Positions 52,486 to 62,006 of a stretch of 64,000 bases of DNA are shown here, in pieces (position 1 is the first letter of the stretch; every line of letters starts with the position of its first letter). Made by a program: the position numbers and the translations under genes. The stretch lies in the NCBI GenBank assembly GCA_051362555.1, contig CM120640.1:14818001-14882000 (forward strand). Reading direction: 5' to 3'. The notes under the pieces are model-generated. The model did not search any database. It had not been told where the DNA came from and worked only from the letters and a program-made list of their open reading frames with translations. Source of the DNA: Lingula anatina. Its lineage: Eukaryota > Animalia > Brachiopoda.

Positions 52486-53863
52486 AGTATCAACTTGGAT
52501 TCCAAAGAATGGGAACAAGTATTTACCAAGGTACTCCTCAATCCTGATTCAGAGGTGTTCATGTCATGACTTCATACCTTTCATTACTAAACCAGTGACA
52601 AACACAGAGCATGCAACAGGGTGATAAATTGATAAAATCCTTTAGAGGCTTGCCAACCAATACCTTGAGTAAACAGTACATAGAATTTGCTGAAAAAGAC
52701 ATCTTTCTTAAACTATTTAAAGAAAAGATCATGCCTTCTAAAGGTTTCCAAAGATAATCAATCTAGCTTGGATATCAACCTGAACAACTGACTTTCAACT
52801 GAATAAGATAAACACACATGTATGGGAAGAGACGGAAAAGAAGGGAAAAAAGACAGTAAGAAAGAGAAGCATCAGGTTTCATTTATAAGCAAGTGCCAGC
52901 TACATCACAATTGTAAAGAAATGAGTAATCAACATATCATCAAAGGTAGCCTATATCAAGAGAGTTTTGAAAAAGAATTCATATTGCTATTGAAAAAGTG
53001 ATATATTAGAGTTCAACTCCCAACTTTGTCTTTTGTTATGTCTTCTTTTGAATGCCATATTTTGTAATAAATGAAACTAACTAATTTAAAATTTAACTAC
53101 ATATTGCATAAATATAGCTTTTTGCTTTTGTTTTTTTTTTTTTACTTTCCTAAATCTTGTGGAAGGCAATGCAGCCTTATCATTTCCTGTGTGTATACTG
53201 CTACTAGAAAAATACATACTTGCCTCAGTTTTTCAAGGTCTAAGTACTAGCTATAATACTCAGTAAGTATGTGGAAGATCCAGATGTCAACTAAAACAAA
53301 TATAACCATGCACACACAGACACAAAATCTGAGAGCTCTGGACTCTAGTATTCGTTATTACATATTTGCTGTGTCTACTTGACATACTACAATCAGAGTG
53401 AAATGTGAAAACCATATGCATGTACTTGTATGCTTTAAACTTTGCTGTTCAAAAGGTACAGTTTGATCACTCAATGCAAGAATTTAATATTGAACTGCTG
53501 CAACGTTTTAATTGAATTGCTGAATTATAATGATGGGTGAAAAATGACAATAAGGTGTCATCCATTTTATCAACACTTTCAAAAGTCTACAAACCATTTG
53601 CATACGTATGTATACTACAGCCGATAATTCAATAAGGCTGTTATATTTGGGCTAACACACACACGTGTACACACACACACACACACACACACACAGTGAA
53701 ATATAAATTTCTGACACAGGAACTTACCACTGCAGCCGTTTTCTGTGCAAGTTACACTTGCTATATTTGTGTCCTGGCAGTCTACTAAGACAAGGCCGAT
53801 AAACAAGACGATTGTGCATTTCTGAAGAATATCGTGTAAATTTTGATGCATGCCAGTATTCAT
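34975..53863 (-). CDS. KIAA1549/KIAA1549L (UPF0606, DUF3827)-like type I membrane mucin, ~17 exons
   Basis: Signal-peptide exon 53728-53863; 4140-bp S/T-rich exon 47486-51625; SEA-like exons 46916-47106 (RKKR furin-like site) and 45928-46102; TM exon 44694-44935 (WIIGVVVGSIVGFVLIAWLILFIY); cytoplasmic EKQRNKQRLRKR (~40254-40326); last exon 34975-35664 ending LIKSIREELLRLTQRR, which resembles the recalled KIAA1549 C-terminal motif (IKAIREELLRL). Confidence 0.85.
37180..37338 (+). mobile_element. MITE family B, copy 2
   Basis: TIR CAGGCCTGTAGCCAG / CTGGCTATGGGCCTG; interior AAAGGTCCACT..AAGAACCCCCC shared with copy 1; flanks TAAAA/CAAAA. Confidence 0.8.
39245..39462. mobile_element. Degenerate MITE (GATCCAAGGA .. 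TCCTGGATTGGCC ends)
   Basis: Imperfect terminal inverted similarity and a C-run/A-run interior. Confidence 0.35.
40846..42734 (-). mobile_element. HINE-like element, copy 2 (mucin gene intron), inverted relative to copy 1
   Basis: Reverse complement of copy 1 termini (CTAGAGGATCAGAGAGGCGATACCGCCTC ... GTACCGCCAGCGTATACGCTGGTGGTACTA), with ~5 internal ~145-bp units. Confidence 0.85.
41215..41960 (-). repeat. ~145-bp tandem array (~5 units) inside HINE copy 2
   Basis: A(G/T)GTCAAAGGTCAAT recurs at ~41286, 41420, 41566, 41712, 41858. Confidence 0.9.
47745..49970 (-). repeat. Coding VNTR of 66-bp (22 aa) and 54-bp (18 aa) units in the mucin exon
   Basis: GLETTTVTQNTTVAATTEATTD units; homogeneous over 47745-49100, more diverged over 49100-49970. 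Confidence 0.95.
52431..52482. repeat. (TC)n microsatellite
   Basis: Direct reading. Confidence 0.95.
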
Positions 53864-54361
53864 TCATTCATTCAAACATTTGATGAATACATCCTTTGTC
53901 GGTTTTGGTGAAATCTACGTTTTGGCGGACTATCCGCCACGAATCCGTAGTCTTTGTTGATGTAGGTAACTTCACAGTTATGTCTGTATACATTTAGTCT
54001 ACAATTCTGGGATTGTTTCTCATAACTCGACCTCTGCTGTCAGTCTGTCAAATGAACTACATTTTGAAATCAATGATGGCATGCTGCACTGTTTACTATG
54101 AAACCAAAACGAGGCTATACCATAGTGAATTTGCACTTCGCTCAGCTACTTCGCTCTCCAACAAAATCTCGTTTCAATAGAATTGAGGCCTTTATTTGGA
54201 GGGCACACTGAATGGTTTTGATATTTCCTTCCAGAAAAATTAACTTTGATAAAACTGATACTAAAAATGTAACGTTAAACTTTGATAAGGAGTTGGAAAA
54301 TATCACATCTTTGAATATCATAGTTCGGTTGCTACTTTTTAACTGAAAATTATTATTTAAG

Positions 54362-57300
54362 CAAGGAGTTATAACAGAAGGAGATTACACGCGTGGGGGC
54401 GGAGCCCGTAATACGGTCTCTCATTGGTCGGAATGAATAGAACCCAGAGAACAATGGATGCCTATCTCTGTTACGCTTAATTGCTATCTCGTTTAAATCT
54501 CGTTTGTTAGTATCTGTGCCTTCGTCTGTTGATTTTTGAGGACAGAAACAGAAACGGAGTCCCAAGTTTCTAAAAAATGAGAGAAATACAGAATTTATAT
54601 GATATTACGTTGGACAAGGTTTTCAAAAAACAGGTAAGTGCTTTTAAATGCATAACTACACGAAATATGAAGATAAATTGCAACTTTTATGTCGTAGGGT
54701 CTCACTGTGTAAGTGTCCAGCTACACGTTGATCTCGCGAGGTGGTGTGTGAAGAATAAATATTGCACGAAAAATATTTCCCACTCATAACAAGTGCCTAT
54801 AAATATAGTATCAGATGAAGAAAGTTTGGTCTTTATACAGTTGCAATTGTTAAGTAATTTGTGGCAATAGCAAAGAATAAAACTTAGGTGCATTTTCAGT
54901 AGCCGAATAACAAGCAGATGCTTAAGCCGCCATCTTGTTAATATTTCGAAAAAAAATTACTCCAAAAGACATTTTCCTCCTACTTTTTGAAACTTGTGTC
55001 ACATGACAGTCATAAAATTTAACTAATTGTTATGTGTGCAACACACTTGCTTGAGCAGTATTGTTTTTTTTTGCGATTTTACATGTGGTCTAGCTTGGAT
55101 ACGACAATTGACAATTTTCATGAGTTCCGATCAAAAAGTGTTACGCTTGTTACGGCCAAAAGCCTTACCGCTTTTTGTACTTTTCAAATGCAAGATTATA
55201 AAGAAATTTGGTGTGTTTAGATTCTTGAACATCTTGGCCGTGGCGTGGTATATATTGCATGGATACTGCTCCAATATTTCTTGAAAAAAATAACATGATT
55301 TGTTCAGAATACCAATTGTTTACTCTAGTGTTATGGGTAAATGTACCATTTTGGCCTTTACCTTTTTCATGTTTAAATCTTAAAAGACTTATCATGACAG
55401 TTGGTCATCAATTTTCTTCTCACCATGGTGGGTGGCTTTGGAGTGGTAACTTTGTTGTTAAAGTAAGGTGCTCAGTTATTTTGACTGGAAAAGTTTTGCC
55501 TCCACTCAGCATTTTCCATCATGGCGGTCTAACGGGAAGTTTGACTTCACAGTGTCTTTGGTATAGTTATTTTAAACTTATTTAGTCTTCTTTTTACATA
55601 TATATGTTTTAATTCATATTAAACCTTTGAAAAAAGAACACCCATGAATCCTGGTGCTTCTTAATTTAAAGTCTTAAGGTTTTAAGTTCACCTAGGCTCC
55701 ACCAATTACTTTACCTGTTATCTTACTACACATCTCCCTTTGAGTCAAGGTGTGTAAGACACACCTTATTGTGTAAGGCACCTCTATTATTAAGGGGTAC
55801 TTGCTTCTCTACTTTAATTATACTTCACTACTTTGGCATGTTAGGTGGCAAGCTTGGATGTTTCAGTTCATTTTAAGAAAGAAGCTTTGCCTTGGTGGTT
55901 ACAAAAGAATAGAACTCTATTAAGGTTTATTCATTACTTGAAAGTAAATATTTCATCTTGCAGTGTTGAAACAGAAATTCTCTCAAAATTGATAATGAAT
56001 TTTACATGCATATCTTAACACTACTCAAGTTTTTTTTTCTTCTATTATAGATATGGGAGAAGGCTGCATTGAAAATATGAATTATGGTCAGGCTGGAAAA
56101 AATTTTAAAATGTCAATGAAAAAAGGAGGTCAGCGTGTCTGGGGTGAGTTACTTTTGTCATAATGCCTAAGATGCATTAAACATTCACTAACAACAGTAC
56201 CCTTTTTAATTTATTTCAAAATACAACAACCTTGGGCATTTTCCTTTTAGCAACCAGCCTCTATGAAATCCCCTTTTTGTCCTGTCAGAAGAGTAGGAAC
56301 CAGGCCGGATTTAAATAATTTCTTGTAATAAGTACAATTTCTTTCAATTTCTTGGGGTTATTAGCTTGTGATCATGAATCTTGATATTCTACATAAATTT
56401 AGTTGTAAATTGTTCATTTATGTGGTGAACATTATTTCAGTCAAGTCATAACAAGACACATTAAACTTCACTGCGTAATTCCGTAATGTCTACACGGATA
56501 CTAGTAGTTCATAATGCTATTATTATGTTTTTTTTTCTAACCTACAGGTTTCTCTCTTCTGAGTGGCATGGCATTGGCAGGCAGAAGAAAAGGCCCTGAA
56601 GAAATTCTCACTTGAGTTGTCCTTTTTGGAGAAGAAACTGGATAAGACTGGCCAACAGAGATTGCATTAAATTAATAGTGCTCCTTCATGACATTTTAAA
56701 ATATTTTCAGTCACCTAACTGACTTTATACATTTCAAAAGTTGACATAAATTTTATGTTACTGTCACGTGGAAAAAAATTCAAAACCTATATATAATTTG
56801 TTGAGTGCCATGGTATAACAGTCTACTTGATCGATTGCCAGTAAAATTTGGACTGTTTCAGTGAAATTTCTTTAAAGCAGTCACTTACTGGCCCAGTTAA
56901 TTTTTTCAGCTGTAACATGTACTCCAGTTCATTTTATAAATGTTCTTACTAAGTGTTGTCTTGATTTATAATAACCTTTTTAAAATCCCATGTTTTTTAT
57001 CCTATTTGTAAGAATTAGCCACTTTTATCTTCTAGGGTTTTTTTTTTCATTCAGCCCATTAGATTCTCAGACCTTGCTGGCCTGTGAGTGGAATAGTATC
57101 TGGCACAGACTGGTATCAGCAAGTCAGATAAAAAAGAATATAATTATTTCCATTTGCATGGTTGAAAAAAAATTCCAACACAGACTGCATAAAACTGGAA
57201 AACTATAGCAACTTAATCATTCTTATGACTTCATTAATTACTGCTTATGTTTAAAATTTTGTTTTTGTTCTTCTATTGATATAATAAAATGGTTTTACTC

Positions 57301-58209
57301 ACAGATGCTACTATCATGATGCTTGAGTATAGAGTTGACTTAAAAGATATTTTAAGTTAATATAGTAATAGTTTGAAATTCAAAATTCTCATCTTTATTT
57401 GTTTCACTTTAAAGAGCTCAGTTAATACTAAAATTTCTGATATATTTTGTACATAAATATATTTATGAATGAATAAAAATTATTCTTAATGTTTAGCACA
57501 ATGCACTTGTTTACCGACAAATAAGAAGTGTTAGTATGTGTCAAAATAATCCTGAAAATAAAAAGGGAGATTTCCAAGATAAAGAAATTTATAACGAGTA
57601 TTTAGTAAACTGACATGTGGTATAACCTCAACCTTTGATTAAAATTTCACTTTAATGCATTATGATATTAAAATTATACCGAGTGAGAGAAAAAAATACT
57701 TAAAGAAATTTAAAACCAGTCACAAAGCTTAGGCACTGTCTCAATGTTTATGGGACCAAAGGGCAGGGGGGTCCAAACGTTCACTTGAATGTCATTTTCA
57801 CAAACCACAGTTGGGACGTTTTCTTTTGACTTATCCTTGGTGATTTTTCACTGTGTTGTGCAAAAGAAAAACCATCTATCACCGACTCAAAAAAAAAAAA
57901 ACAAAAAAACTCATGGCGACCATCCTCAGTCACCACCTTATAATCGCTTTGTATGATATCGTTCCCTCCCAGCACATCGTCCAGATAACTACCGGTGAAA
58001 AAAATCGTCAGCATACAGCGCCGCTTTGACACTACTGATCTCGAATTCTAACGCGAAATAACGCATATAAAATCAATCTCCAAGCGGAGGAGAGCGACCC
58101 AGACGAAACCTTGAGACAGGAGGCCCCCCCGTAGCTAGCTCCGCCCACCGTAACAGACATCGGACAATAGAGAGGCTTGCGTGTAATCTCCTTCTGTTAT
58201 AACTCCTTG
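54362..58209. mobile_element. 3848-bp non-autonomous DNA transposon, P-superfamily-like
   Basis: Perfect 31-bp TIR CAAGGAGTTATAACAGAAGGAGATTACACGC at 54362-54392 and its reverse complement at 58179-58209; 7-bp TSD ATTTAAG at 54355-54361 and 58210-58216; CA..TG termini. No long ORF inside. Confidence 0.9.
54577..56670 (+). pseudogene. Spliced, stop-interrupted MADF/Myb-SANT-like cargo gene inside the transposon (exons ..54633, 56051-56143, 56548..)
   Basis: Strong splice sites (CAG|GTAAGT, TATAG|, GGG|GTGAGT, CTAACCTACAG|). Joined frame reads MREIQNLYDITLDKVFKKQ|IWEKAALKI*..KKFSLELSFLEK, resembling the MADF pattern LYD..K..W..A..ELSFL, with in-frame stops. Confidence 0.4.
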
Positions 58210-58278
58210 ATTTAAGTAAGACCTGCCTGCAGGTCTTATGTCATTTCCGTCAAATATGGCGACAGCCATTATCGTGTC

Positions 58279-58304
58279 GAGTGCAGTGATGTGAATGGTG
58301 TGCA
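58279..58304 (-). promoter_or_regulatory. Two metal response elements (MRE core TGCRCNC) at the ZnT1 5' end
   Basis: GAGTGCA 58279-58285 (rc TGCACTC) and GTGTGCA 58298-58304 (rc TGCACAC). ZnT1 is an established MTF-1 target in vertebrates. Confidence 0.6.
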
Positions 58305-60870
58305 AAGGAATTGTGCAAAGGGATGTTCAAGGATTCCGAAAAGCTTTATTTATCATATAAGTTCCGGTAAGTAACTAAATCTTCTTTATTAATTGTTGCT
58401 GTTATAGCGTCTTACATTTTGGTTTCCGTCTATGAAAGAAGCCGACACAGAAATCAGCTGATACAGTGAAAGGATAAACAATTCAAAACACTGAGCTGCT
58501 GTAGGGTACGTTAATTGTTCCTATCATGTGATCTTTCATTTTCCTAGAAAATTTGTGATTTTTATGACAGGACAATAACGTGGTAAATTCAACTATTCGA
58601 AAAATGATTATGTTATTGAGAGAGAGTATGCCAGACCACAAAAGATGACTGCATGAAACTCGTGGAACATTGCTCTAGATAACGGAGTGCGGTTAAGCTG
58701 GTGCTGGAAGTAACAAAGGAAATAGCGTGTGTTTCAGCTGACCATTGTTTATGAATAATAGTTTTAAAATGGCTTGAGTTCGGTGACATCTTCACCGTCA
58801 TGTTGATAGAATAACAGAGTACAATGTTTATAACTCAACTGGATACAATGCTATATGTTTTAGGTATTTTCTGGTGTTTTTTAGAGTCATACCTGGGAAT
58901 ATCAGAGTTTTTACTTTCATATGGATGATGCCTTGCTGAATGACATCATTGGGACTTTTTTTAACAGCTTCTGTTGCCAAAATTAAAATGCATTTAAAGT
59001 GTAATTTATCACATAATCTGTAGTGACCAATATGACTGTAAATGGAGATTGTACAAGAAAAATGTCCCATGTACGTACTCTGTATATTCAGTCTATAAAA
59101 CTCATAACATTGACCTTTTTTTGCAAAACATAAAAGAAATATGATTGAAAAGTAATTAACCCCAGAGCATGATTTGCATTCAGTACTAGAGTCAAAGTTA
59201 AATTTCCAAATAAAGTGAGCGAAATAGCTGGTATAAATGTAAATACCTTGTAAGTGAATTTCTCTAATCACGTAACAGAAAATTAGGCATAGATGTATAA
59301 TTATTGCAAATCGTTAGGATGAGGAGGATTCAGAAAGAGGAATATTGCTTTAGCATATGACTCTGTCCAAATTTAATGAACTGCATTCAAGCGTATGGGT
59401 CATGCTCCGTGCAAAAAGTATGATTCAGTGTAATATTGATTACAGGAAATTTTTCCAGGTTAATAATTTTCTGAGAAGAGTGTTTGCCCCAGTCTGTGGC
59501 ATTTATGCACAATGATTTGTTTTGCACACTATACCAACACACAATGCATGACCAAAGCCAGTCTAGCTTACTCAATGTGGAATTGTTTGTATAACAGTTG
59601 GTAGGTGTATCGGGTTACAGGTATTATGTAACAACTGTTTGTTTTACTTATATACCTGCCCTCTACCCTACCTGTGATGACTGGGATATTTTTTAAGTGA
59701 GCTGGGCTTTAAGTTCAAAAACGAATGTTATATTTAAGCATCATGTAAATATTTTAATGTTTTTATTTGTAGTATATTTGAATTAAAATAAATTTCAAAG
59801 GCAACCAGTGGGAAATGAAGCAGTTCCTTGGTTTATTTGATTGAGACATGAAACTTTAGATAAGTGTAATCTTATGTGTGATAAACGTTAACTTGTATGT
59901 ACAACAGTCTGCAGGTCATCTCATTTCCAGACAGGTTTAATAAAGGTCGATTTCCCTGTGCACATATTACCTGTAGCTGACCAGGTCAGATGAACAAAAA
60001 TCTGTGTTATATGTCTGTACTGGACCCACAGTTTTCTTTAAATTGAAGGGCCAGTGGTAGAGCCCTGTAATATCAAGGGCAAATCCAATCATCCATCCAA
60101 TCATTATCTGTCAGCATTTGAATTTTCAGTGTGGTCATTGTAAAAAAGAAAAAAAATCAGCTCACCCCAAGAGCTCTTTTAGCATCTGGTTTAGTAATAT
60201 ATATATTTACTGTTGTGGATATTCACAGAAAACTGCATGCTAGAACTGTTCCTGGACTTGTTCAGCCACACACTTATCTGATAACAAGTTATTTGCTAAT
60301 AGGAGTGAAATGTACCAAGAGTTGCTGGATAAGATTTTAATGCACTTCAGAGTGTTTTTACATCATCATTGTGTCTGGGTTATAGTAAAACAGAATGATG
60401 CAAGCATATTAGCCTTAATTTGCTTTTTTTAATGGAAGGTATATTTCAGTTCCATTATCCATATTTAAAATTGCATGTTTAAGTTGCCAATGATTTTAAA
60501 CTTGTTTTAAATTAATGGAAATTTTTGTCATGTTTTCTGTTTTTTTTTAATGCAATTCTTTCTGCTAATTATTCTGTTCATGATGTTTTCTTTTTTCTTA
60601 TCTTTCAGTTAACATTATTTTAAGCAACTGGTTCACAGATCATTTCATTATTTATTATCAGACAGGTATGTATTTGTGTATTAAGCTAGCTGGATACTTA
60701 CTGTTAATGATCAGTTAATTGGCAGTACTCTGATTAAGTATGCCCATTATAATTAGGAACCTTCCTTTTGAATTTATGATGTCATACAGTGTAGGCTCAC
60801 ACCTGGTGTAAACATTCTCATAGTTTAACTTCTGAATAACCTAGATCAAATAAAAATATTGAGTTAAAAG

Positions 60871-61105
60871 TATACTGACAGTCAATGAAAATGCATCATT
60901 TATTTATCAAATAATATTTTAAGTTCCTTTGGCACATTAAGAAAATAACAGTTCTTGTGTGAAATATGTGCAATATGAAATAGTGGTCAGCCCACTCTCT
61001 TATGACCAAACAAGGGCATTTGTACTCGTTTATTTGGTTGGAATCGATACTCAGTAAAAAAGTACAAGAAAGTTTTCTGATGCGTTTTCATTGACTGTCA
61101 GTATA
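60871..61105. mobile_element. Tc1/mariner-like MITE in the ZnT1 5' intron
   Basis: 28-bp inverted repeat TATACTGACAGTCAATGAAAATGCATCA / TGATGCGTTTTCATTGACTGTCAGTATA (1 mismatch), including TA at both ends. Confidence 0.8.
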
Positions 61106-62006
61106 TCTGTCAAGTAAAAATAAATAAAAGGAAAAATGAAAAAAAGAAAAGGAAAAAAGGTGAGTAAAATATTTGACATTTTGTAAAACCAAATGCAAAT
61201 TTGTGAAGCGTTTTGGTAAAATTTGCTGTATCTTGTGGTGAGCCCAATATATCTTTATCTTAGGTTATGAATATAAAAACAAAATGATTGTCTATGTCTA
61301 CATTTATAATGCCATGTTGTTAGCTTGTAATGTGGTCTGCACAGGTGTGTTAGTGTATGTCAGCATGTGTGTATCTTACTGACTAAGTATAACCTTTCCA
61401 TTGCAATTTTTGTGATGCTTCACATTCATTTAGGCTGAGTAGAACTTTTTTCCTAGTTAGAAGTGAGCTTTCTTTAAGCTTCTGAGGGATATGGCAGTTT
61501 TCTTGTGGTTAGGAAACCTAAATGATAATATTTAGACTGTTGAATGAATGCTTGCCATTGAAACTTGACTGGTTTGACTTTATGGAAGGATTCTAGGTCT
61601 AAACATAGAATTCATATGGTTTGTATGTGTGAAAAAGTTCACTCACAGCTTTTTTTAGGTTCTGGGGATGGTCATAAAACTTTGTGAAAGATTGTTTTTT
61701 ACCCATAAAATGGGTCTCTAGCTTCACTGGTATCTCTTTTGTGACCTGTTATCCCATCATTGTTGACGGCATTTTTACTTCCTTCCCTATCACCAAAATC
61801 AGGACACTGACAGGTGGTTAAAATATAAGTCTGAACATAGATGCCTCAGATGACAAAAGATTATCACATTTTGGCAAAAGATTATCACAATTTGCTTATG
61901 ACATGTTTAATTTGGCAGAGGAGCCTAGACAATACTGAAGACCTTTATGACTTTGAACTAAATGTAACAGATAAAATATATTTTTTGCATTATTTCAGAT
62001 TGAAAC

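Larger units (their letters stand above)
58240..62006 (+). other. Putative non-coding 5' exons of ZnT1: ~58240-58366, 60609-60665, 61999-62006
   Basis: Donors CCG|GTAAGT (58366) and CAG|GTATGT (60665); pyrimidine-tract acceptors ending at 60608 and 61998; Inr/YY1-like TCATTTCC..AATATGGCG at 58241-58261. Confidence 0.55.

Noticed and set aside
55142-55560. Telomerase RNA (P6.1-like GAAG-UUUGA-CUUC hairpin)
   Set aside because: No CUAACCCU template or convincing pseudoknot nearby, and it lies inside a transposon.
54577-56670. Three in-frame TGA codons suggesting a selenoprotein
   Set aside because: No convincing SECIS downstream and no redox motif context; pseudogenisation is simpler.
58828-59271. 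147-aa minus-strand ORF
   Set aside because: Non-ATG start, no recognisable motifs, intronic AT-rich composition; likely chance.
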